Origin: Chlorobiota bacterium
GTDB lineage: Bacteria > Bacteroidota > Ignavibacteria > Tepidaquicellales > OLB5
DNA length: 64,000 nt
Assembly: GCA_022616535.1 (NCBI GenBank)
Contig: JAKEEM010000047.1
Location: 1,563 to 65,562, forward strand
Direction of reading: 5' to 3'
Shown here: in pieces, positions 27,003 to 36,251 of the stretch
How positions within the stretch are numbered: position 1 is the first letter of the stretch
How the letters are laid out: the number at the start of each line of letters is the position of its first letter
Made by a program: the position numbers and the translations under genes
Notes under the pieces: model-generated
Seen by the model: only the letters and a program-made list of their open reading frames with translations
The model's database searches: none
Told to the model about the DNA's origin: nothing

Positions 27003-29027
27003 ATGAGAATTTTAATTTTATTGATTTTAGTTCTTTTTTTACACCAAATCCGGGGACAATCAAGTGTTGAGACAACATCCGCACCGGAAGTCAATGGCAA
27101 GATTGATGATTCCGAATGGAAAGGGGCCAAAGTATTTACAGATTTTTATATGACAATTCCGAAGACTGATGAAAAATATCACGACAGTACAATTGTGCTC
27201 GTAAAACAGACTAAAGACGCAATATTTTTCGGATTCAGATACTGGCCCAAAGGCAAGGTGCTTAGGCAGTCCTTAACAAGAGACGTGAGCACCGAAGAGG
27301 AAAATGAGTTTTTCATAGTGCTTGACCTTGAAAATAAAAACAAAAACGGTTACCTGTTTGCAATCAGTTTTCAGGATAACCAGCGAGATATGCTTATTTA
27401 TAACGAGAGAAACCTTTCTTCGGAGTGGGACTGGATTTGGGAAAACAGAGCTAAAATTTATAAGGAGCCGAAGGACGGCAGCCCCGGATATATCGAAGTG
27501 GAAGTAAAAATTCCGGTTGATAGAATCCAAAACAAGAACAAAAAACAGTTTGGATTTGATATTCAAATGTTTTCTTATAAACCCGATGGGAATTATTATT
27601 ACTATTCCGTAATACCCGATAGTGAGCTTTTGACGGTTAAGCATACCTATAAAATGGATTTGGCGACGCCTTTTGATGAGAGACTTAATCTTAGATTTAA
27701 CGCCACCCCGTTTGTAGTTGCAAATAAGTTCAATGACTTTAAGGGGGATTTTGAATTCGGGGGCGAGTTCAACGTAAGCTTGGATAAGCATAAGCTGAAA
27801 GGGACTTATAATACCGATGAATCAACGTTAGAAGCGGACCCTTTCAGGTTTTCATTTTACGGCAGGCCGATTTTCCTGCAGGAGAAAAGACCTTTCTTCA
27901 GTAAGGATTTGGATATTTTCAGAACTCAGAACCTGAGTCTTTTTTACACTAGAGCTATACAGAACATTAATTACGGAGCTAATTACACTTACAGAAGCGA
28001 TAATCTTAAGCTGGGTGCTGTTTATGTTCAGGAAGAGTCCGATACTATACGCGGCTCAAGAAAAAGGCTTGCCGCTTTAAGGCCAAATTTTAATTTTAAA
28101 GATTTTAATATCGGAGGGTTGTACGTTTATACCCACGATACTTTGGGCAATACCGATGAAAGCGTGGTCAGCCTGGACGGCAAGGTTAATCTTCCATCTC
28201 GGTTCAGACTCGCTTCTCAATACGCAAGAAGCTTTAACACCGACGGCAAAACGGGGAATGTATATTCGGTTTCCTCATGGTATGAATTCAATAATTCCGG
28301 AGGTCCTTACGGCGATTTAAACTACACAAGATATGACAGCAATTTCCGCGCGACCACTTTGTTTAATGATTACGGAAATGACTATGACGCGCTGTTTGCC
28401 GGCTTTGGATGGAAGTTTGTCCGCAACGCAAAGACTTTTACGGATATAAATTTATATACAAGATACTACAGGGCAAGAAGGTTATCCGATAATTTTGATT
28501 ACCAGAACGGCTTTTTCTGGGAGGTTTTTTACAAGCTTAACGGCTGGCTGAGCTTTTATCATAACCTTGAATACGACCGCCCCAACGATTATGACGAAAA
28601 CCTGCTCGTTTTAAAAAGAGATAATGTCTTAACCGAGCACAATTTTAAGATTGTGTTCGGCAACCACTCGTTTCAGGCGGGATTTTACGGAGGTAAATAT
28701 TTCGGTACGGTGCTTAAAAATCCCTATGCAAATATGAGCCTGACGTTTTTCGGAAGGCTGAGAACAACGCTTAATTATAATTACAGGGAACTGTTCGATA
28801 TAAAGCAGTCCATTTATAGCGCAAAAATAGATTATAAAGTTATCGACAAGCTTTACTTAAGAACTTTCTTCCAGAAGGATACATACAACAGGCGCGCTTT
28901 GTGGAACACGCTGGTTCAATATGAGTTCTTTGGGGGAAGCAGCGTGTATCTTGTTCTTAATTTGGAAGGCAACAGGCTTGAATATACAAGAAGGTATTTT
29001 AAAGTCGGCTACGAGTTTAACTTTTAA
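27003..29027 (+). CDS. outer-membrane protein, DUF5916-like (N-terminal CBM9-like domain plus predicted beta-barrel)
   Basis: Signal peptide. N-terminus APEVNGKIDDSEWKGAKVFTDFYMTIPK... and the alternating aromatic-rich C-terminus ending YFKVGYEFNF (beta-barrel-like terminal Phe). Family call is from memory. Confidence 0.45.
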   Translation: MRILILLILVLFLHQIRGQSSVETTSAPEVNGKIDDSEWKGAKVFTDFYMTIPKTDEKYHDSTIVLVKQTKDAIFFGFRYWPKGKVLRQSLTRDVSTEEENEFFIVLDLENKNKNGYLFAISFQDNQRDMLIYNERNLSSEWDWIWENRAKIYKEPKDGSPGYIEVEVKIPVDRIQNKNKKQFGFDIQMFSYKPDGNYYYYSVIPDSELLTVKHTYKMDLATPFDERLNLRFNATPFVVANKFNDFKGDFEFGGEFNVSLDKHKLKGTYNTDESTLEADPFRFSFYGRPIFLQEKRPFFSKDLDIFRTQNLSLFYTRAIQNINYGANYTYRSDNLKLGAVYVQEESDTIRGSRKRLAALRPNFNFKDFNIGGLYVYTHDTLGNTDESVVSLDGKVNLPSRFRLASQYARSFNTDGKTGNVYSVSSWYEFNNSGGPYGDLNYTRYDSNFRATTLFNDYGNDYDALFAGFGWKFVRNAKTFTDINLYTRYYRARRLSDNFDYQNGFFWEVFYKLNGWLSFYHNLEYDRPNDYDENLLVLKRDNVLTEHNFKIVFGNHSFQAGFYGGKYFGTVLKNPYANMSLTFFGRLRTTLNYNYRELFDIKQSIYSAKIDYKVIDKLYLRTFFQKDTYNRRALWNTLVQYEFFGGSSVYLVLNLEGNRLEYTRRYFKVGYEFNF

Positions 29028-29054
29028 AGATTACTTAAATAATTAATAACAGCT

Positions 29055-29411
29055 ATGAAACAAACGCTCTCATTTTTTTTGCTTTTAGCCCTCCATAGCT
29101 TTGTATTTGAAATAAACACATATTCAGAACAGAAACAAATTGAACCGAGAAAGCTTAAATATGAATACACGGTTGAAACCGATTTATCGGTTAAAGATTT
29201 CTCCGATGTTTTTTGCGAACGCTTAAGCTCAAAACATAAATGGAGCAAAGTATCAGCAATCATAGAACTGGATGATACTTATACGAGTGTTTTCAGGTTT
29301 AACGATGAAGCAAACAGTTCCTGGAAGTGCGAGCTGAAAATAAAGAAAATTGTTAGCGAAATAAATAAAATGTCAGTTGAAATGGTTATTGCCCCTTTTT
29401 TTGGGAGTTAA
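29055..29411 (+). CDS. small secreted hypothetical protein
   Basis: 118 aa with a signal peptide (MKQTLSFFLLLALHSFVF). No recognisable domain. Confidence 0.4.
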   Translation: MKQTLSFFLLLALHSFVFEINTYSEQKQIEPRKLKYEYTVETDLSVKDFSDVFCERLSSKHKWSKVSAIIELDDTYTSVFRFNDEANSSWKCELKIKKIVSEINKMSVEMVIAPFFGS

Positions 29412-29451
29412 TTAACTGATTGGAATTACAAATAGAAATTCTGTCAAGTCA

Positions 29452-29482
29452 ATTTACCTCATTAGGCACTAATGAGGTAAAT
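29452..29482. repeat. perfect 14-bp inverted repeat ATTTACCTCATTAG-gca-CTAATGAGGTAAAT
   Basis: Read directly. The half-site CTAATGAGGT recurs at 29696-29710 and 48145-48159. It is flanked by the 8-bp direct repeat ACTGATTG (29415-29422 and 29502-29509). Confidence 0.9.
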
Positions 29483-29716
29483 GTTTATAAGGTTCATAAT
29501 CACTGATTGTTACGAAAGTTTTAAAAGATTTATCCCTCAAAAACACTCTTAACAAACTATCTTTAAAAACGATGAGCAATCAAAACATTTTTCCTTTTTT
29601 TTGTTATTTTCTTTTTGTTTTCCCCCTTCTTTTTTTTTCAATTCCTAATTATTAATTGCTAATTATTAATCGTTTACTGACTTTCACCTCATATATGCCT
29701 AATGAGGTGAATACAC

Positions 29717-29747
29717 TTGCACTCGCAATTTTTATATAGTAATTTTG
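29717..29747 (+). promoter_or_regulatory. candidate Bacteroidetes-type promoter (TTG-N20-TAATTTTG)
   Basis: TTG at 29717-29719 and TAATTTTG at 29740-29747 (TAnnTTTG consensus). The same 20-nt spacing occurs at the 48177/48200 locus. Confidence 0.4.
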
Positions 29748-29751
29748 CCAC

Positions 29752-30118
29752 GCTTGGTTCAACAGCGGCTGGAGGGCTGCTGCAGGTTACCAGTCCGGTA
29801 CTGTGTAAAAGCGGTTTCGGACGGGCGATGAGCCGTTCCGCCGCCTCTAAAAGGCGGGATTTGTACAACTGGCCAAGCTTTGGTTCCGGGAGTATATGAA
29901 AGTATAACCGGAGTGACGACCGGTAAAGTACAAGATTGAGGCTTCACCCTCTGTAATGCGTAGCAGGGGGAGTTGGAAGTGCGGGCTTTTGACTCACTGC
30001 CGCGGATTGTGCTTTATTGTCAAACAATCGAGTACGAGTCTGTTTACCAAAAAAGTAAGCGGCATGGTCAATTAAACCGACTTTCAGCCAATTTAAACCC
30101 ACCTGGGTGGTATTTTTT
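29752..30118 (+). ncRNA. candidate approximately 365-nt structured non-coding RNA of unknown family
   Basis: GC-rich, hairpin-dense stretch in a 970-bp gene-free gap. It starts just after the promoter-like box and ends with a short GC hairpin (30097-30110) plus T6. It contains only junk ORFs of 69 aa or fewer. No hallmark motifs of RNase P, tmRNA or SRP RNA. Confidence 0.3.
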
Positions 30119-30241
30119 AAAATGTCAAATTTCAAAGCTCAAATGTCAAATTAAAAATCAAATATCAAATAGTAAAGCGTAAAAAGGCAGAAAGCAAAAA
30201 AACAAAAAAAAGTAACGGCGAGGACACCTCTCCAGAAAAAT

Positions 30242-30262
30242 GACCCGCCAGCTGGCAGGGTC
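30242..30262. repeat. GC-rich palindrome GACCCGCCAGCTGGCAGGGTC (member of the CCGCCAGC...CAGGC family)
   Basis: Read directly. Nearby are AACCCCGTAGGGGTT (30298-30312), GCCAAGGCTTTGGC (30345-30358) and GGCAGGCAGGC (30356-30366). Confidence 0.8.
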
Positions 30263-30391
30263 AAATATTTATAGAAAAAAAACGGAGATAGAAACACAAC
30301 CCCGTAGGGGTTGAATAAATCCTAAATCGGCAATCCCTGACTGCGCCAAGGCTTTGGCAGGCAGGCAAAATACAAAATTGAATTGAAGGGT

Positions 30392-31084
30392 TTACAAAAG
30401 CTTTTTCAAAAGGGCTAAATCCTGTGGAGAGGTTATTTTAATGTTGTCCGTTGGACCCTCGATAATCTTAACTCGGTAACCAACATATTCAACAAGGGAA
30501 GACTCGTCGGTAAAGTCATTTATCCGCCTGCATTTTTTATAGGCTCTTTCAAGCACTTTGTGCCTGAAAACCTGCGGGGTCTGAACTGTCCACAGATTTT
30601 CTCTGTCAACGGTCTGGTTCACATAACCTTTTTTATCGCGCTTTACGGTCTCGCTGACTTTCGTTCCTACGATTACTTCCCCGTATTTATAAGCTTGTAT
30701 TAGAACTGAATCAACAAGCTTTGAGTTAATATTGGGTCTTGCAGCATCGTGGATTATTACCAAATCATTGCTGCCTGAGACTTCTATCTGCATAAATGCA
30801 TTTTTAACTGATTCAAAGCGTGTTTTGCCGCCTTCAGCAAGTCTGGTAAGTTTTGTAATTTTATTTTTAGCTGCAAGCTTGTGTATTAATTCGAAATATT
30901 CCCTTTTTGCTGAAATAATTATTTCATCAACATTTCTGCATTTCTGAAATGCAATCAGTGAATATAATATGACAGGTTTTCCGGATAAATTTAAAAACTG
31001 TTTGGGTAGCTTGGTGCCTGAGAACTTGTTAAATCTGCTTCCGGAACCTGCAGCAGTTATTATCGCAAAAATTTTTCTGTTCAT
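30392..31084 (-). CDS. ispD: 2-C-methyl-D-erythritol 4-phosphate cytidylyltransferase
   Basis: IFAIITAAGSGSRF and VIIHDAARP. I prefer the internal ATG at 31084 (MNRKIF...) to the track start at 31132. Confidence 0.9.
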   Translation of the reverse strand: MNRKIFAIITAAGSGSRFNKFSGTKLPKQFLNLSGKPVILYSLIAFQKCRNVDEIIISAKREYFELIHKLAAKNKITKLTRLAEGGKTRFESVKNAFMQIEVSGSNDLVIIHDAARPNINSKLVDSVLIQAYKYGEVIVGTKVSETVKRDKKGYVNQTVDRENLWTVQTPQVFRHKVLERAYKKCRRINDFTDESSLVEYVGYRVKIIEGPTDNIKITSPQDLALLKKLL

Positions 31085-31171
31085 AAATAAAAACTTAAAA
31101 AAAACCCAGCGATAAGCCGGGGCATAAATCATATTAATGAGAAAAGCAGGAGCATAAAATAAATTTTAAAA

Positions 31172-32206
31172 TTATATGATAAACATTGCATCGCCGTAGC
31201 TGTAAAACCTGTATTTTTCCTTGGCGGCTTTTTTATATGCTTTCATAACCAGGTCTTTATCTGCAAATGCGCAGACAAGCATTATCATTGTTGATTGCGG
31301 CTGGTGGAAATTGGTTATAAACTTATCGACCACTTTTAATGTTTGCGGAGGATAAATAAACTTATCGGTCCAACCCTTGCCCGAGCGTATAAACCTGCCC
31401 GCGGTTGTATTTGCCTCAAGAACCCGCGCAACAGAAGTTCCGCATGCGATGATTTTCTTTTTATTTTCAACTGCCCTGTTAACTTCTTCGGCGGTATAGT
31501 CGGGAATTTCAAAATACTCGGAGTCCATTCTGTGCTTCGTTAAATCTTCAACTTCAACCTGGCGAAAAGTGCCGAGGCCGATATGAAGCGTAACAGGCAG
31601 AATATTGACACCTTTCTTTTCGACCTTTCTTAAAAGCTCTTTGGAAAAATGCAGACCTGCAGTAGGCGCGGCAACCGAGCCGATATTTTCAGCAAATACG
31701 GTTTGGTAATTATCCCTGTCGGAGTCGGTTACATCTCTTTTAATGTAGGGAGGAAGCGGGGTTTTACCGAGCTTTTCAATATATTTCTGGAAATCACCGC
31801 GGTAGTTGAAGCGCACTATCCTTCCTCTGGATGTAGTATTATCTATTACCTCGCAGTAAAGGTTCTTTGTCAAAAAAATCCTGTTCCCGATTCTGACTTT
31901 CCTCGCAGGGTCAACAAGCACATCCCATATGTTTTCTTCCTGGCTCAGCTGCCTTAATAAAAAGACTTCAATCTTAGCATTGGTTTTTTCCTTTGTGCCG
32001 AAGAGTCTTGCTGCAAATACTTTCGAATCGTTTAAAACAAGGCAATCGCCTTCGTTCATGTAATCGATTATATCTTTGAACTTCTTTGATTCAATTTCCT
32101 TGGTTTTGCGGTTTACCACCAGCATCTTGCACTCGTCCCTTGGTATCTTCGGGTGCTGGGCAATCAATGTCTTGGGAATCGAAAATTTAAAATCGGTTGA
32201 CTTCAT
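31172..32206 (-). CDS. queA: S-adenosylmethionine:tRNA ribosyltransferase-isomerase
   Basis: 344 aa with FKFSIPKTLIAQHP, GSVAAPTAGLHF and YRFYSYGDAMFI. Confidence 0.95.
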   Translation of the reverse strand: MKSTDFKFSIPKTLIAQHPKIPRDECKMLVVNRKTKEIESKKFKDIIDYMNEGDCLVLNDSKVFAARLFGTKEKTNAKIEVFLLRQLSQEENIWDVLVDPARKVRIGNRIFLTKNLYCEVIDNTTSRGRIVRFNYRGDFQKYIEKLGKTPLPPYIKRDVTDSDRDNYQTVFAENIGSVAAPTAGLHFSKELLRKVEKKGVNILPVTLHIGLGTFRQVEVEDLTKHRMDSEYFEIPDYTAEEVNRAVENKKKIIACGTSVARVLEANTTAGRFIRSGKGWTDKFIYPPQTLKVVDKFITNFHQPQSTMIMLVCAFADKDLVMKAYKKAAKEKYRFYSYGDAMFII

Positions 32207-32247
32207 TTATAGCTTAACTTCATTTATTGCTTAATGCTTTCTGTAAA

Positions 32248-33546
<1,299 letters not shown>

Positions 33547-33640
33547 TTAAACTCAAATATAACAATAAATTGCCCCCTGAACAATTCAGAATTTATTGCA
33601 TAGCATTAGGTAAGTATAGTGAATAACAGCGTCTTAAATC

Positions 33641-34282
33641 TCATTTAACCCAGCAAACTGTAAGCCCGTCTGAAATCGGAACAAGAAGTGATTCAACCCT
33701 CTGGTCATTTGCAACTTTTTTATTAAATACCTGAACAGCTTTTGTCCCTTCATCAGCATTTTCCTTTACTACATCGCCGTCTCGTAAAGTATTATCAGCC
33801 GTTATTAATCCTCCCTTATTCATCACTCCGATTACCTTATCGAAATAAGCAGGGTAACCGGTTTTATCCGCATCGATGAAAACAAAATCGAATTTTTCAC
33901 TCAAAAGCTTATTAAGCGATTCCATTGCACTGCCCAAAATTAATTCAATTTTGTTATCAAGCCCCGCATTTTTAAAATTCTTCCTTGCTTCTTCGGCGTG
34001 GTCGGGATTTATTTCAAGCGTCGTCAGCTTTCCGCCTTCAGGCAGTGCTCTTGCCATCCAAATAGAGCTGTAGCCGGTAAGTGTGCCGATTTCAAGCACT
34101 CGTTTTGCATTAATAATTTTAATTAACATATACAAAAATTTTCCGTTTTCAGGCGATATCTGAATAAGCGGAAATTTTTTTGATGCGGCCTGGTCAACCA
34201 CTTGTTTTAATATATCATCTTCTTTTGCAAAAGTTGAGACAATATAATTATAAAGCTCCTCGTTTAACGGAACGCCTTTCAT
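33641..34282 (-). CDS. class I SAM-dependent O-methyltransferase (family 3, caffeoyl-CoA OMT-like)
   Basis: VLEIGTLTGYSSIWMA (motif I) and FDFVFIDADK. 213 aa. Confidence 0.8.
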   Translation of the reverse strand: MKGVPLNEELYNYIVSTFAKEDDILKQVVDQAASKKFPLIQISPENGKFLYMLIKIINAKRVLEIGTLTGYSSIWMARALPEGGKLTTLEINPDHAEEARKNFKNAGLDNKIELILGSAMESLNKLLSEKFDFVFIDADKTGYPAYFDKVIGVMNKGGLITADNTLRDGDVVKENADEGTKAVQVFNKKVANDQRVESLLVPISDGLTVCWVK

Positions 34283-34313
34283 AAATAAATTGAAATTTAA
34301 TTTTAAAAAAGAA

Positions 34314-35231
34314 TTAGAATCCTGTTGAGCCGAATATCAGCGGCATATTCTTGCCGTTCATTATAACCATTTTTGAATTACTGCTTCTTGCAAGCTCAAG
34401 TGTTGCTTCAATTCCCTTAAGCTGCAGCACCTGGTCTGTTATGCTTTGCGATACAATCCTGTTATAATCAGAAATACCCTGTGCCTCCACTCTTTTGCGC
34501 TCCGCCTCCTGCTTTTCTTTTTGCAGAACATATACCATCTGCTGGGCTTTTTGTTCAGCTGCGATTTTCTCATCAATTGCAGCACGGATTTTCTCCGGAA
34601 GCTCAACGTTTCTCAACAGCACTTTTTCAAGAATTATACCCCTCCCCTGAAAGGATTCTTCAAGAGCTTTTGTTACGTCACTGACAAAATCCTCTCTCTT
34701 TAGAGAATATATGTCCGTGGCAGAATATCCAACGGATACATCCCTTAAAGCGGTTCTTATGGCGGGACGCACAATCTTTTCTACATAATCCCTTCCGATT
34801 GTCCTGTAAACCTGAGGAGCATCGCCTTCGTTCAGCCTGTACCATATCGTTACATCAAGCCGGAGAGTAAGACCATCGCTGGAAAGTGTTGATATTGCGT
34901 CGTCATTGCTTTGCTGCCCTTCATCGCTGACTGAACTCATCGTATAAGCCTGCGTCTTAATATCCATAGATTCAACGCTTACAAGGGGATTTACCAAGTT
35001 TAACCCGCTTGGCAGGGTTCTTTCCTGCACGCTTCCGAATAACACCTGCACACCAACCTCACCCGGCCCAACCTGAACAATACATGAAAATATTACCGCT
35101 ACCCCGATGCCGATGTAGGCAACATTTCTTACAACAGTTAACAGTTTTACCGTTGCTGCATTGGTAAAGTTCTTTCTAAGCTGTGTAACTATTAAAGCAA
35201 CAATCAATAAAAAAATAATTAAGGCAATCAT
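34314..35231 (-). CDS. SPFH/band-7 (prohibitin-like) membrane protein
   Basis: N-terminal TM, an SPFH core (VTIWYRL...PAIRTALRDV), and a coiled-coil EQKAQQMVYVLQKEKQEAERKRVEAQG. Confidence 0.85.
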   Translation of the reverse strand: MIALIIFLLIVALIVTQLRKNFTNAATVKLLTVVRNVAYIGIGVAVIFSCIVQVGPGEVGVQVLFGSVQERTLPSGLNLVNPLVSVESMDIKTQAYTMSSVSDEGQQSNDDAISTLSSDGLTLRLDVTIWYRLNEGDAPQVYRTIGRDYVEKIVRPAIRTALRDVSVGYSATDIYSLKREDFVSDVTKALEESFQGRGIILEKVLLRNVELPEKIRAAIDEKIAAEQKAQQMVYVLQKEKQEAERKRVEAQGISDYNRIVSQSITDQVLQLKGIEATLELARSSNSKMVIMNGKNMPLIFGSTGF

Positions 35232-35380
35232 TGTGATTTTCCTCCTTTACCCCGTGAGATAATAACCTCAAAATTTGAAATTTATAAAACTATTATCTCA
35301 CGGGGTGAATATTTTGTTTTGGAACTTTTCTATATTAACCCATTTTTTTGTAAAAATCGCTGAAAAAATTTATAAGAGGA

Positions 35381-36193
35381 TTAATTGTATGCTCTTTGCA
35401 GAACCTCAATCATTTCTTTGTGAACAGTTCTGCCATTGGAGGCAAGTATCTGCTTGCCGTAAATGGAATATTTGTTGCCTTTAAAATCCGTCACCCTACC
35501 GCCTGCTTCAAGAAGAATCAAATACCCTGCAGCAACGTCCCATGCATTTAAGTTGATTTCCCAAAAGCCGTCGAACCTGCCGCATGCTAGATAGCATATA
35601 TCCATAGCGGCTGAGCCGAGCCGGCGAATCGGTAAACCCTGCTTCACAAAGTTTATGAAATGGTCTATGCAATGGTCATCATTCGCTTTTGCTCCGTACG
35701 GGAAACCTGTAACTAAAAGGCTGTCCTTTAGGTATTCCGTATCCGAAACTTTTATTTTCTTATCGTTCAAATATGCCCCGTTGCCTTTTTCTGCCCAGAA
35801 TTTTTCTTTAGTCAGGGGACTTAAAACAATCCCCAGCACGACTTCTTTTTTTACCTCAAGCGCAATTGATACGCAAAATATCGGAACCGAATATGTATAA
35901 TTTATTGTCCCGTCGATAGGGTCAACAATCCACACGTAATCGGATTTCTTTTTTAGATCGCCCCCTTCTTCTCCAAGCACATTGTGCTCGGGGAAGTATT
36001 TATGAACAATCTCTATTATCTTCGCTTCGGACTTTTTGTCAATTTCGGTAACAAGGTCGTTGTAATCTCTTTTCCTGCCTATTTCAAAATCCTTATCAAA
36101 ATTTTCAACAAGAATTTTTGCAGCCTCATCGGCTGCTTCGAACATGGCTTTTTTATATTTATCGAGATTTTCCGTAATCAAAGACATATACAA
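35381..36193 (-). CDS. suhB: inositol monophosphatase family protein (SuhB-like)
   Basis: LGEEGG and WIVDPIDGTINY (metal-binding motifs), plus WDVAAG. Confidence 0.85.
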   Translation of the reverse strand: MYMSLITENLDKYKKAMFEAADEAAKILVENFDKDFEIGRKRDYNDLVTEIDKKSEAKIIEIVHKYFPEHNVLGEEGGDLKKKSDYVWIVDPIDGTINYTYSVPIFCVSIALEVKKEVVLGIVLSPLTKEKFWAEKGNGAYLNDKKIKVSDTEYLKDSLLVTGFPYGAKANDDHCIDHFINFVKQGLPIRRLGSAAMDICYLACGRFDGFWEINLNAWDVAAGYLILLEAGGRVTDFKGNKYSIYGKQILASNGRTVHKEMIEVLQRAYN

Positions 36194-36251
36194 ACTAAAA
36201 AAGCATCCTGTTTTGCAGAATGCTTTTTTTAATTTTTGCTAAGCCGGTAAA

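Noticed and set aside
29510-29545. Apparent remnant of the ispD 3' end (GTTACGAAAGTTTTAAAAGATTTATCC versus GTTTACAAAAGCTTTTTCAAAAGGGCTAAATCC at 30390-30425), which would parallel the duplicated junction at 48 kb
   Set aside because: The similarity is about 65 percent over about 35 nt of A/T-rich low-complexity sequence and does not extend in either direction. It is too weak to claim without statistics.
29886-29911. Group II intron domain V-like hairpin CCGGGAGTATAT-GAAA-GTATAACCGG
   Set aside because: It has a GNRA loop, but the asymmetric bulge is on the wrong (5') side. There is no AGC catalytic triad context, and no reverse transcriptase or maturase ORF or other intron domains are nearby.
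29752-30118. Possibility that the approximately 365-nt structured region is RNase P RNA, tmRNA, SRP RNA or a cobalamin riboswitch
   Set aside because: Neither strand has GAGGAAAGUCC with a paired ACAGAA...GGCUUA (only CCAGUCCGG and GAAAGUCGG near-misses). There is no GGGG...UCCACCA acceptor and no ...ALAA* tag frame. There is no GGUCCGGAAGGAAGCAGCC SRP helix-8 motif and no B12 box. No downstream same-strand gene exists for a riboswitch to control. These checks were by eye only, so an Rfam scan is still needed.
29717-30182. Four 60-69 aa ORFs on both strands across the GC-rich core (29717..29899, 29759..29947, 29944..30135, 29973..30182)
   Set aside because: They overlap one another in different frames, are rich in Arg, Gly, Pro and Ser as expected from random GC-rich sequence, and have no start context. 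The region is better explained as structured RNA or repeats.
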